From: Staphylococcus phage vB_SurM-PSU4
DNA: 64,000 nt
Strand: one strand, 5' to 3'
Sequence record: OL436245.1
The notes below the pieces were generated by a model that saw nothing but the letters and a program-made list of their open reading frames with translations, did no database searches and was not told where the DNA came from. This document shows positions 1-9,249 of this stretch, one piece after another. The translations under genes and the position numbers were made by a program. Position 1 is the stretch's first letter; the number at the start of each line of letters is the position of its first letter.

Positions 1-227
1 TTTACTTTAGTCAATTAACGTGTTAATGATTTAAACCGTTACGCTTTAACGCACTAAAGGATTTGCTACAGATATGAAGCGGGCAACCTTATTCAGTAAT
101 TAATATATTGCACCCGCTTCTATTCAAATAATATTATATAAAAAAATTATAGGTATTTTATGGTATCAATTCCATTATATCAAAATTCGGCATTAATGTC
201 AATAACAAAATAGTGTAAAATTGGGTA

Positions 228-256
228 TTGACAAGTGGTTAAAATAGGTGTATAAT
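228..256 (+). promoter_or_regulatory. sigma-A-like promoter
   Basis: TTGACA at 228-233, 17-nt spacer, TATAAT at 251-256; followed by perfect AT palindrome cttttttatatataaaaaag at 270-289. Confidence 0.6.
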
Positions 257-880
257 TAAAGTGAGATGACTTTTTTATATATAAAAAAGTTTTTATATTG
301 TGTTCTATTGTATTATAGGGGAATTATATAAAAAAGTTATAGAGTTGTCTACTACTTAAATGACTTTAGTCGGGGTCTTTCTCCCAACCTTGTCATTTGT
401 ATAGCGGAAGGGTTAGGCTGGTTACCGCTTGTCTTACTTTCTATATATAGTATATAATAAATAAGGGTATAAGTCAATAGGTTTTTAAAACTTTTTTTAC
501 TTTTTTTATTCAGATTGAGGTTTTCTTTGTTCTGTTGTATTTAAAGAGATTTAGAGGGCATTTATCCTATTTAGTATTATTTATATAGAGAATAGGGTTC
601 TCTTTGTTCTCTAGGGCTTAAAATGGATTATAGGGGTATATGTTTCTAGTTTCTACTATATAAATAAAGTTTTTAAATAAATTTAAAATAGGGCTTGAAT
701 TTACTTTTGATATGTAGTAGTATAATAAATGTAAGACATAGCAATACACTTTAAAAAACTTTTTAAAAAAGTTAAAGAAAGTTATTGACACCTTATAAAA
801 TAATTGATACAATGAAGTCAGTTAGTTAATACAAAGCCACTTGAGACCACGACAAAATAAATTATAAAGGATATGATATT

Positions 881-1123
881 ATGACAACTTACAAATTTAC
901 AATAAAAAACAATTCAGAACATGAAAATACTTTAAACGAATTAATGGATTTAAATAATAGTTTCAATATGTATTATATTGATGACAATGGTATTATTTAT
1001 TTAGACGATAACGAACAATTATTAAATGCTTATGATACTACTACAGATATATTCTATTTAGAATCAGAAAACTTTAATATTAATTATATAGATTCTTTAT
1101 CTAATTATATAGAGATAGTATAA
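881..1123 (+). CDS. hypothetical early protein (80 aa)
   Basis: ORF with RBS aaagga 8 nt upstream of ATG; AT-rich codon usage typical of the region. Confidence 0.5.
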   Translation: MTTYKFTIKNNSEHENTLNELMDLNNSFNMYYIDDNGIIYLDDNEQLLNAYDTTTDIFYLESENFNINYIDSLSNYIEIV

Positions 1124-1225
1124 AAAAATTATAGAATTCCCTGGGATTAGATTCCTGGGGTTTTTTATTTGTTTTAATTTATATAAAAAAATTATATAAT
1201 AAATAAATTAGTGTAAAATTGGGTA

Positions 1226-1255
1226 TTGACAAAGGTATTAAAAAAATGGTATAAT
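1226..1255 (+). promoter_or_regulatory. sigma-A-like promoter with extended -10
   Basis: TTGACA 1226-1231, 18-nt spacer, TGgTATAAT ending 1255; the upstream block gtgtaaaattgggtattgacaa is a repeat of 213-234. Confidence 0.55.
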
Positions 1256-1390
1256 GAAGTGAAGACTTTTTTTAGTATAAAAAAATTATTATATAAAAAA
1301 ATTATATGTATTTTATGGTATCACTTCAATTATATCAAAATTGCCCCCACATGTCAATACTTAAATTAAAAATATTTTTAAAAATAATGC

Positions 1391-1419
1391 TTGACAAACA
1401 TTGAAAAATAGCGTATAAT
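1391..1419 (+). promoter_or_regulatory. sigma-A-like promoter
   Basis: TTGACA 1391-1396, 17-nt spacer, TATAAT 1414-1419; followed by the same AT palindrome seen at 270-289. Confidence 0.6.
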
Positions 1420-1711
1420 TAAAGTGAGATAACTTTTTTATATATAAAAAAGTTTTTATTTGTTTAAATTTATATAAAAAAATTATTATATAAATAAATT
1501 ATATAAAAAAATTTAGGGCGGGTCTTTCCCGTTACTCCTCTTGAGCAACTCTGGTAGTCTGATTTCTACTACAATTATAGTATACTATGAATATATCTAA
1601 TTGTCAATACTTTTATTCAAAAAAGTTTTTTAAATTAATTTCAATAAATCTATTGACTTATTTCTTATTATCCTTTAATATATAGGTATAACCAATTAGG
1701 AGGTCATTTAC

Positions 1712-1858
1712 ATGATTAAATTTAGATTAAATAATAAAAAATATAAATCTACTCCATTGACTGACAAGCTAGTTACTTTGTTCGGTACTACTGGAATAGT
1801 TGCAACAATAGACTACCTTATCAGAATTCAAGATAATATAAATATTTTTATTAGATAA
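1712..1858 (+). CDS. small hypothetical protein (48 aa; below the ORF-track cutoff)
   Basis: strong RBS aggagg 7 nt upstream of ATG at 1712; translated by eye as MIKFRLNNKKYKSTPLTDKLVTLFGTTGIVATIDYLIRIQDNINIFIR. Confidence 0.4.
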   Translation: MIKFRLNNKKYKSTPLTDKLVTLFGTTGIVATIDYLIRIQDNINIFIR

Positions 1859-1957
1859 CTATTGACAAGAAATAAACTAGCATGATATTATTAATATACA
1901 AGGTAAGGGAAGCGGTCAAACCGCTTCTAACCTAAATAAAAAAGTTTTAAAAAACTA

Positions 1958-1986
1958 TTGACACTCTAGCACACAGATGATATAAT
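1958..1986 (+). promoter_or_regulatory. sigma-A-like promoter with extended -10
   Basis: TTGACA 1958-1963, 17-nt spacer, TGATATAAT ending 1986; shares the block tgatataatgaacttaacaaatta with the promoter at 3573. Confidence 0.65.
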
Positions 1987-2020
1987 GAACTTAACAAATT
2001 AAGAAGGGAATTGATTTATT

Positions 2021-2272
2021 ATGAATAACACATACAAATTAGAAAGCATTTACGGAGCACAAAAAAGTTTTTACGGGAAGGCAATTGTAACAGAATTAGA
2101 CAACGGTCACAAGATTTTAACAAGCTATAATACAGACGTTTGTGAATTAGATAAAAATAATAACATTGTAGAAATTGGTTACTACTCACAAACTACTGCA
2201 AGACATGTGAACGAATTTATTATGCAACATGGACATGATAAAATGACTAAAAAAGAAATTGAAAACTTTTAA
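2021..2272 (+). CDS. hypothetical early protein (83 aa)
   Basis: ORF with RBS aagaaggga; preceded by consensus promoter 1958..1986. Confidence 0.55.
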   Translation: MNNTYKLESIYGAQKSFYGKAIVTELDNGHKILTSYNTDVCELDKNNNIVEIGYYSQTTARHVNEFIMQHGHDKMTKKEIENF

Positions 2273-2346
2273 TAAAAAGGGCTTGACTTTCAATCCCTAC
2301 CATGTTATTATTAATATATACCAAACAAGAGAGGAAATGATTTATT

Positions 2347-2517
2347 ATGAATAAAAAAATTGTAGGTTTAATAATTGACTTGATTGAGGATAATAATTTT
2401 AACACTGATGAAGAAATCAAGGAAAGTTTCAACTTAACCATTGAAAGATTAAAAAATGAGTTAGGCATAACTGATAAAGATATCAACAATTATTATAAAA
2501 ATGTTTTACATTATTAA
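2347..2517 (+). CDS. small hypothetical protein (56 aa; below the ORF-track cutoff)
   Basis: RBS agagagga upstream of ATG 2347; TTGACT-17-TATTAT promoter at about 2284-2312. Confidence 0.4.
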   Translation: MNKKIVGLIIDLIEDNNFNTDEEIKESFNLTIERLKNELGITDKDINNYYKNVLHY

Positions 2518-2525
2518 AATAGGGC

Positions 2526-2554
2526 TTGACTTATTCAAGCCCTCATGATATACT
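2526..2554 (+). promoter_or_regulatory. sigma-A-like promoter
   Basis: TTGACT 2526-2531, 17-nt spacer, TATACT 2549-2554; overlaps the 5' end of the ORF-track ORF 2526..2972, so that ORF's listed start is not the real one. Confidence 0.55.
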
Positions 2555-2586
2555 TGTATTAACAAATCAAAGAGAAAAGGAATTGA

Positions 2587-2972
2587 TGAAAATGTTCAAA
2601 TTACAAAATAAAGTGGAGATAATCGTACCTAAGGAAGATAACAATGGAAAAGAAATAAACGACAAACGTATTCAAGAGTATGTAAACAGTATCACAATGG
2701 AAGCGGGCGGATGTACAATAACAGAAATTAAAGGGCAATGGTATTCAGAAGATGAAAAACGTATCATGGAAGATAACAACTTAAATCTTGAATGGTACTA
2801 CATGCAAGACAATGCAAAATTCATGACAGTTGAATTAAAAGGCATTGTAAGACGTTTAATTGAAATTTACGAACAAGAGGCTATCAGTATTAAAGTTAAT
2901 GGCACACTGTACATTGTAGACCAATCAGATATTGAAGAATTGCATACGACATTATTAAATATCATGAAATAA
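2587..2972 (+). CDS. hypothetical early protein (start refined to MKMFKLQ...)
   Basis: RBS aaaaggaattg immediately upstream of ATG 2587; hairpin terminator downstream. Confidence 0.55.
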
Positions 2973-2984
2973 AACATTTATATA

Positions 2985-3024
2985 AACCGCTTCGGATTAA
3001 ATTCTTGAAGCGGTTATTTTTTTT
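2985..3024 (+). terminator. rho-independent terminator
   Basis: hairpin aaccgcttc...gaagcggtt followed by T8. Confidence 0.7.
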
Positions 3025-3199
3025 AAATTAGGTCTTTACAAATGTGCGAATTTTTGAGATAATGAAGTGAACGATAATTTTAGTATAAAAATAATATTAT
3101 ATAAAAAAATTATAGGTATTTTATGGTATCATCTTAATTATATCAATTTTGCTACTGGTTGTCAATACTTAAATTAATTAAAAAAGTTTAAAAAAAGTA

Positions 3200-3228
3200 T
3201 TGACATTTATTACAATCCATAGTATAAT
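3200..3228 (+). promoter_or_regulatory. sigma-A-like promoter (no downstream ORF)
   Basis: TTGACA 3200-3205, 17-nt spacer, TATAAT 3223-3228; about 60 nt downstream there is a GC-rich stretch and a T6 run at about 3290. Confidence 0.55.
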
Positions 3229-3481
3229 ATAGATATAAGGTTAAGGAGCCCAAGACCAAAGAAGGGGTTTCGGGGTAAGTCCGTCCTTTTTTATAAAAAA
3301 ATGACCACTCATCTCAATTATACTATATTTGATACATATTGTCAATAACTTTCTTCAAAATAATTTATTTAAAAAAGTTTGATAAATCTATTGACTTATT
3401 ATTAATTATACTGTAATATATAGAGTGTAATAAGGAAGCGGAACACTTAAAAAAAGAAATTAAAAAACTTTTAAAAAATTG

Positions 3482-3510
3482 TTGACACAATAACCGCTTC
3501 ATGATATACT
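3482..3510 (+). promoter_or_regulatory. sigma-A-like promoter
   Basis: TTGACA 3482-3487, 17-nt spacer, TATACT 3505-3510. Confidence 0.5.
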
Positions 3511-3572
3511 TGTATTAACAAGTTAAGGAACACCTCAAAAAAAAAAGAAATTAAAAAACTTTTAAAAAGGTG

Positions 3573-3601
3573 TTGACACCTTAGAAAGTACATGATATAA
3601 T
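3573..3601 (+). promoter_or_regulatory. sigma-A-like promoter with extended -10
   Basis: TTGACA 3573-3578, 17-nt spacer, TGATATAAT ending 3601. Confidence 0.65.
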
Positions 3602-3637
3602 GAACTTAACAAATTAAAAGAAAAGGAATTGATTATA

Positions 3638-4180
3638 ATGAAAACAATCACAAAACAATTTAACGTATATTCTTTAGAGGAACTAAAAGCAGTAGACACA
3701 GAAGCATATGAGGAAGCTATGAACAACGTAAGAGAAGACTACACAGAAACTCAAATAGATTTCTTTTATCAAGATATGGAGGAAACTATGCAAGAATTTG
3801 CAAAGGTTTTTAATATCTCTCTTACAGATTATTCTTTCGGAGTTTATCATAATAGTTATGTAAATGTTGATATTGACGATTATATGGACTTAGATAACGG
3901 AGACAAAAAAGACCTAGTGAAAAAAGCTAATAACCTCAAAAATGAGGATTGTCCGTTCACTGGAATTCATACAGATTTATATATCACAGACTACTTCAAA
4001 GAAAATGAAGTCACATACAATGACTTACACAAGCATTTAGATGATGTTCTACATGTTGCAGTAAGAAACTTCATGAACGACCTGGAGGACGACCTGGAGG
4101 ACGATAACAACATTTTAGATTATGCACTAAATGAAGATATGGAATTTTTAGAAGACGGTAGCATTTACAGAGCTATTTAA
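3638..4180 (+). CDS. acidic hypothetical early protein (start refined to MKTITKQ...)
   Basis: RBS aaaggaattg before ATG 3638; highly acidic C-terminus with repeated DDLEDDLEDD. Confidence 0.55.
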   Translation: MKTITKQFNVYSLEELKAVDTEAYEEAMNNVREDYTETQIDFFYQDMEETMQEFAKVFNISLTDYSFGVYHNSYVNVDIDDYMDLDNGDKKDLVKKANNLKNEDCPFTGIHTDLYITDYFKENEVTYNDLHKHLDDVLHVAVRNFMNDLEDDLEDDNNILDYALNEDMEFLEDGSIYRAI

Positions 4181-4258
4181 TCATTGTTAGGCTACCTATT
4201 AAGGTAGGTAGCTTATAGAGTGATTAAATCACTACTAAATTATTAGGAGATGTTTATA

Positions 4259-4729
4259 ATGAATACAATAAAAGAATTTTTACAAAATGAAGAAGAAAGC
4301 ACAGTGAAAGACGTAGCAACTTACGGAGTACAAAGCGGAGCAATCGGGGAACTTATTTATACTTCAGACGTGGTAGATTTCTTTAACAGATATGAACAGG
4401 ACATTACAGACGTTATCACTGACTACTTAGAAGGTGTCACAGGTGCTCAATATTATGACTTGTTAAACTACGAGCTTATGAGTGACCTAGAGAACTATGC
4501 AAATGTAGAGTTTCAACATGAAGATACTTACCACGAAATAGAGTTTGACCTAGCAGAAAATATTGCTTCTAATGAAATTGAAGGCTTTGACGATATGGAC
4601 GAAGAGGAACAGGTGGAAGCGGTTTTCGAATCTATGGAGTTTATAGAATTAGAAATTCAAGACACTGACAAGGTGCAATTTGTTAACTTAGCAGTTGAGA
4701 TAGTAGCACAACAAATGCAGGAAGCATAA
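4259..4729 (+). CDS. acidic hypothetical protein, paralog of 4814..5290
   Basis: RBS aggag 9 nt before ATG 4259; N-terminus MNTIKEFL and C-terminus FVNLAVEIVAQQMQEA shared with the next gene. Confidence 0.6.
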   Translation: MNTIKEFLQNEEESTVKDVATYGVQSGAIGELIYTSDVVDFFNRYEQDITDVITDYLEGVTGAQYYDLLNYELMSDLENYANVEFQHEDTYHEIEFDLAENIASNEIEGFDDMDEEEQVEAVFESMEFIELEIQDTDKVQFVNLAVEIVAQQMQEA

Positions 4730-4813
4730 GACCCTGCAGGAATCACACAGAGGCACACAGAGAAGCTTAGCCGCTTCTCTAATACAAATAAAAATTATTA
4801 GGAGATGTTAAAT

Positions 4814-5290
4814 ATGAATACAATCAGAGAATTTTTAGAAACTAGAGAAGCACAAGGAACTTTACACATTGGAGACTTAGCAGAATACGGAGTTATGAAC
4901 GTAGGACACAACGAACTTATGTACAATGAAGATATACTTAATTTCTTTAAACAATATGAAGACGATATTGAAGCGGTTATACTTGAATACGTGGAGGACT
5001 TAACACATGATACTTTTTACGATATTATAAATGTTGAGCTTATGGAGTTATTAAATAGTGAGATTAACACAAGCTTTACGGAGTATGAAGATATGCTAGA
5101 CCTCATGCAAGACGAAGCAACACAACTCGCAGAGACTCATGAAGATTGGTACGATATAGACGAGGAGGAACAAGAGGAGCTTATATTTGACTGTATGAAC
5201 GATGTAGAGGTATTACCTACAGACCAAGACAAGATTAACTTTGTATGCTTAGCAGTTGAACTGGTAGCACAAGATATGACGGAGGGATAA
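4814..5290 (+). CDS. acidic hypothetical protein, paralog of 4259..4729
   Basis: RBS aggag before ATG 4814; MNTIREFL ... FVCLAVELVAQDMTEG. Confidence 0.6.
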   Translation: MNTIREFLETREAQGTLHIGDLAEYGVMNVGHNELMYNEDILNFFKQYEDDIEAVILEYVEDLTHDTFYDIINVELMELLNSEINTSFTEYEDMLDLMQDEATQLAETHEDWYDIDEEEQEELIFDCMNDVEVLPTDQDKINFVCLAVELVAQDMTEG

Positions 5291-5380
5291 CATGGACAAA
5301 CTAGACAAAGAGCTAAACAAACTAAAGAAGAATACTAAAGACCTTGAATCATTAGTTAACTTTCTTAAGACTATCAATTG
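5291..5380 (+). CDS. very small hypothetical ORF (29 aa)
   Basis: ATG overlaps the stop of the upstream gene (ggagggataacATG); hairpin plus T8 terminator at about 5360-5395. Confidence 0.3.
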
Positions 5381-5650
5381 ATAGTCTTTTTTTTATCCGC
5401 TTCTCTATTAATTATGAGAGCCACACAGAGCCCTCTCATTGTACTTCATATCTATTTAGGATAAATGGTACCTAAAATATTTATTGTCCTTAGAATAGAG
5501 GTTGAAGCGGTCTGTGATGAATGATAATTAATTTAAAATTATTTAAAAAAGTTTTACTAAAACTATTGCAATATCTTCAGAATACTGTATAATAGTATTT
5601 GTAAGGTAATCAAACGACCTTAACAACTAAATGAAAAGGATTGATATATA

Positions 5651-5818
5651 ATGAAAACAACAAATCAAATGTTCATCGAAAGCGACATCGAAAAACTACA
5701 AGGAGACATCGACATTCTAGTAGAGGAGTTTGCAACTGGTAAAGTTAACCGAGAAATGGTAATGAAAGCAATCGACATCAAAATGGAAGAAATAGAAGAA
5801 TTAAAAAATTTAATCTAA
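5651..5818 (+). CDS. small hypothetical protein (55 aa; below the ORF-track cutoff)
   Basis: RBS aaaagga before ATG 5651; followed by terminator hairpins. Confidence 0.4.
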   Translation: MKTTNQMFIESDIEKLQGDIDILVEEFATGKVNREMVMKAIDIKMEEIEELKNLI

Positions 5819-5822
5819 AGAA

Positions 5823-5852
5823 AGAGAGGGAATAATCTCCCTCTATTTTATT
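5823..5852 (+). terminator. rho-independent terminator
   Basis: hairpin agagaggga...tccctct then T-rich run. Confidence 0.6.
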
Positions 5853-5926
5853 TATCTTTTATTGAGTTGTGTACAATTTAGTACCCCCGTTATAATATGC
5901 CATAACAAGGGGGTTGTGTGCGACCT

Positions 5927-5956
5927 ACCCCACACTCTCTTGGGGCTTATATTTTT
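5927..5956 (+). terminator. second hairpin with T-run
   Basis: ccccacactctcttgggg then cttatattttt; preceded by a second GC hairpin at 5885-5912. Confidence 0.5.
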
Positions 5957-6216
5957 CTAGTAAATTTTTGGTGGTAAAATTTTTGGAATTAAATTTTCCT
6001 TGAAATAGAAGTCAACATAATTAGTTATTTATCTCTCTTATATATGACCGTTCACCCACCCCGTAATTATATAAGTAATACCTTAATATATAAATGTCAA
6101 CACTAATTATTTTAAAATTTAGGTTCATAAAAATAAAATGTCAACATAGTTAGGATAGGTAATAAATGTCAACACTACCTCTATAATTACATATGTAAAC
6201 ATCCTAGTAAAGAGCA

Positions 6217-6246
6217 ATAAAAAAAGAAGTACTGTATAGTACTTCT
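6217..6246 (-). terminator. rho-independent terminator (minus strand)
   Basis: hairpin agaagtact...agtacttct flanked by an A8 run on the plus strand, giving a T-run on the minus strand, just downstream of the stop of 6255..7256. Confidence 0.55.
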
Positions 6247-6254
6247 ATATTATT

Positions 6255-7256
6255 CTACATATTAAGTAATTTATGAGACCAATCAGGGGAGTTATCACAG
6301 AACTCTTTAACTTCTTCTATATTATTTATAACTCCTTTTTGAATCTTATAGATATACACAAAGTATTTAGTTATAAAGGGTTGAAAGGGTTCATATCTAT
6401 TATCCTCTATAAACTCATACTGCATCTCTTCTGATAATAAATTTATCTCTGTAAAGAAAGTATTGTACATAGTATCGAATAGGCAAGGTATATCCTTACT
6501 ATGTTCACTTAGTAATGATATTCTTTCCTCGTGACTTAGCGATACATCAAAATCAATAATACTTTTAATAGTTTTAGGTAATGAGTCATAGTCTAGTAAT
6601 ATAGATAATAATTCTTTCTTATTAAATATAAGGTTAAGTTTCTTGTATGCTACTATAAAGTCTTCTTTAACTACCTTTTTATCTACTAAGTCTTGTAATT
6701 TACTGTAATATCTTTTAATTTGTTTATTCATATTTACCTTAGTAAATGCTGTTTCTATATTATAAAATTCTTGTATAGAGCTACTTTCTATGTTGACACC
6801 TAATTTATGCTTAAGCCATTTTGATTCTAACTCAGATAACCTATGTTCATAGATAGATTCATCTTTCGGTTTTACATGGTCTCCGTATATAGAGTCACAG
6901 TATACAGCATCAATTATATAGGTGTCAGCATTATCAAATCCGTATTTATCTAAGGCTTTTTTAAGTAATTTACCGCTCCCTTTATAAGTTATATCTGGCT
7001 TTCCTTTATGTTTCCCTATGTATGCTTTTCCTGATTGTTTAAAAACTGTTATATAGATATAACCATACATGTGTTCTGAAAGACTCTCAGACTTACCTCT
7101 TATCCCGCTACCAAAAGTAAACACATTACTAAAATGTTTTAATCTTCCTTTTTTACACTCTGAATGTACAATGTTATTTCTAACGTCTCTTACTTGAATT
7201 TCATCTAAACCTTCTTGATATACAAAATTATTTATTTTTTCTGTCATATATTCCAT
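6255..7256 (-). CDS. GIY-YIG family homing-endonuclease-like protein
   Basis: motif GYIYITVFKQSGKAYIGKH (GIY...YIG), then conserved E in EHRLSELESKWL and N in FYNIETA, analogous to I-TevI catalytic residues; own consensus promoter 7278..7306. Confidence 0.65.
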   Translation of the reverse strand: MEYMTEKINNFVYQEGLDEIQVRDVRNNIVHSECKKGRLKHFSNVFTFGSGIRGKSESLSEHMYGYIYITVFKQSGKAYIGKHKGKPDITYKGSGKLLKKALDKYGFDNADTYIIDAVYCDSIYGDHVKPKDESIYEHRLSELESKWLKHKLGVNIESSSIQEFYNIETAFTKVNMNKQIKRYYSKLQDLVDKKVVKEDFIVAYKKLNLIFNKKELLSILLDYDSLPKTIKSIIDFDVSLSHEERISLLSEHSKDIPCLFDTMYNTFFTEINLLSEEMQYEFIEDNRYEPFQPFITKYFVYIYKIQKGVINNIEEVKEFCDNSPDWSHKLLNM

Positions 7257-7277
7257 CTCCTTATTTAATATACCCTT

Positions 7278-7306
7278 ATTATATAATAAAACTCTACCTA
7301 AGTCAA
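7278..7306 (-). promoter_or_regulatory. sigma-A-like promoter (minus strand)
   Basis: reverse complement reads TTGACT-17-TATAAT; the 48-bp block is repeated at 9666..9694. Confidence 0.6.
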
Positions 7307-7325
7307 TAGATAGAGTTAAAGTTTT

Positions 7326-7658
7326 TTATTTAATTACTTCTATATCTTTTATTTCTACTTGATTTAGTGAACCATACTTTTCTTCTTCTTTAAGTTTACT
7401 TGCGTAAGCATACTCTGATTCAATTAATCCACTACTATACACTTTTTCATATAACTCTTTATAAGTACCTTTGAATACTAGCTCATCAGGTAAATCGTGA
7501 TAATGAGGGTCATTTGAATCTTTCCAATAATTTAGGGTTAACTTAAACATGTGATTATTTAAGTTAGTTAAAGCATAAATATCTTTTTTATAAACCTCTT
7601 CATTTAGTTTGTCTACACACATATCCTCAAGTACATTACTTATTCTTACTCTTGCCAT
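7326..7658 (-). CDS. hypothetical protein
   Basis: ORF tightly packed with neighbours. Confidence 0.45.
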   Translation of the reverse strand: MARVRISNVLEDMCVDKLNEEVYKKDIYALTNLNNHMFKLTLNYWKDSNDPHYHDLPDELVFKGTYKELYEKVYSSGLIESEYAYASKLKEEEKYGSLNQVEIKDIEVIK

Positions 7659-7659
7659 T

Positions 7660-8154
7660 TTACATTTCTCCTTTATTTTCTAATTCTAAATATTTTGCTA
7701 CTTCTTTAACTACTTCATCGAAACTATCACTTTCGTTTACAATTCTACCTGTCATAGTGTCAAATACTTCAATGTATTCACATAATCCGAAGGGTTCACC
7801 GGAATACCCATTTTCTAATTCTTCAATAGTATTAAAACTAATACGTAAGTCCCCTGTCCCGCCACTAGGATAGTAACCCTCGTAACTAAATAATAAAAAT
7901 CTATAATAAACAGGGTCTCTTAAATAAACATGTTCTTTAGGCATCATACGACCTTCATAATGTGTTAATGTATGGACTACAACTAACTCTTCTTTCCCTT
8001 CTTTGTTGTATCCCTTAAGAAGATGACTACTTTCTTGCTTATATCCTTCTTGTTCTAAAGACCATATAAGATTAAGCAAATCTGAATATACTTTGCTCTC
8101 TTTTCTAGTTTCATCTTCTGTTATAAATTCTAATTGGTAAACTGTGTTTGCCAT
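7660..8154 (-). CDS. hypothetical protein, YRFLLFSY-family member 1
   Basis: motif YYRFLLFSYEGYYPSGG shared with 13609..13848 and 17673..17891. Confidence 0.5.
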   Translation of the reverse strand: MANTVYQLEFITEDETRKESKVYSDLLNLIWSLEQEGYKQESSHLLKGYNKEGKEELVVVHTLTHYEGRMMPKEHVYLRDPVYYRFLLFSYEGYYPSGGTGDLRISFNTIEELENGYSGEPFGLCEYIEVFDTMTGRIVNESDSFDEVVKEVAKYLELENKGEM

Positions 8155-8171
8155 AACTATCTCTCCTTTAT

Positions 8172-8420
8172 TTAATTTTCTTTTAAAGTTATCTCATGAA
8201 TAGTAATCATATCTTCCATAAATAATGGTACATCTTCTATATCATCTTTGTAGTAGTAAGTGTATCCATCTTGAAGGTATCCGCTTCTTTTTTCTTCATA
8301 GCCTTCTTCTTTAATACGTTTAATTAAGTTCTCCTTATCTGTATAAACTGTATCTTCTCTGTAAGAATAGTTATCTTCATATTCTTCACAATTATCATGT
8401 TCTACTTGGTATAATTTCAT
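8172..8420 (-). CDS. hypothetical protein, paralog of 12257..12652
   Basis: shares MKLYQVEHDNCE.YEDNYSYRED.VYT.KENLIKRIK.EGYEEK with 12257..12652. Confidence 0.5.
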   Translation of the reverse strand: MKLYQVEHDNCEEYEDNYSYREDTVYTDKENLIKRIKEEGYEEKRSGYLQDGYTYYYKDDIEDVPLFMEDMITIHEITLKEN

Positions 8421-8663
8421 TTATTTCTCCTCCTTATATTTAAATGTTTTACCAGTCCTAATGAATAGTTCCATCATTTCTCTTCTAAAATCTTCATCAT
8501 CCATCTCTTTATCTTTTAACATTTCACACATTCTATCCCATGCTTCTGCTTTATTATATATAGTTTCTACTTCTCTATCAGTATTATCACTATAAGCCCT
8601 ATATATGATATCTAGCACATTCTCTTTTTCTGTGTATTTCTTATCGTAAATATTATAATCCAT
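8421..8663 (-). CDS. hypothetical protein
   Basis: ORF; stop abuts the next start. Confidence 0.45.
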   Translation of the reverse strand: MDYNIYDKKYTEKENVLDIIYRAYSDNTDREVETIYNKAEAWDRMCEMLKDKEMDDEDFRREMMELFIRTGKTFKYKEEK

Positions 8664-8691
8664 TACAATTCCTCCTTATAAAATGTGTGTT

Positions 8692-9201
8692 TTAAATTCT
8701 TTCAACTGTCTCAGTATTTAAGTTCAAGCAATACTTAACTCTCTTATCTAAACCACCTTTAGTGAAACCTTCTGCTGTTCCTTGCCCTTGCATATAGAAA
8801 TACCTAAACAATTCACCATTATATCGTAAGTAAATATCCATACCAAAATAAGTATCTATATAGAATGGTGGATATTCCATTTTATTGTCATTGTAAAAGT
8901 TATTAACATACATACATATAGAGTCTAATTCTTGGTGCATAAATTCTTCACTTGTATATAGATGTTCATAACTATCTTCATAAGAATAAAGAATATCTTC
9001 TGTCGATATACTTCCGTATATATCTATTACCTCTCCAAACATCTTATTTAAATCAAAATCTTTATTCTCAGCTTTCCTTGAAATTAAATTTCTTTTATCT
9101 TCCTTTTCTTTTAATTCTTTATTAATATTTTCAATTTGTTCGTCTGTCATATTTGATATCTCTTCCAATATACTGTCAAATTTATCATCTACATTACTCA
9201 T
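8692..9201 (-). CDS. hypothetical protein
   Basis: ORF. Confidence 0.45.
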   Translation of the reverse strand: MSNVDDKFDSILEEISNMTDEQIENINKELKEKEDKRNLISRKAENKDFDLNKMFGEVIDIYGSISTEDILYSYEDSYEHLYTSEEFMHQELDSICMYVNNFYNDNKMEYPPFYIDTYFGMDIYLRYNGELFRYFYMQGQGTAEGFTKGGLDKRVKYCLNLNTETVERI

Positions 9202-9249
9202 ATATAATTCCTCCTATAAAATTATTCTTTTAATTTGTCTTTATGCTTC

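Noticed and set aside
2526-2586. ORF-track start codons at 2526 and 3629
   Set aside because: These ATGs lie inside consensus promoters (TTGACT/TATACT; the ATGATATAAT extended -10). The real starts are at 2587 and 3638, each with an aaaggaattg RBS.
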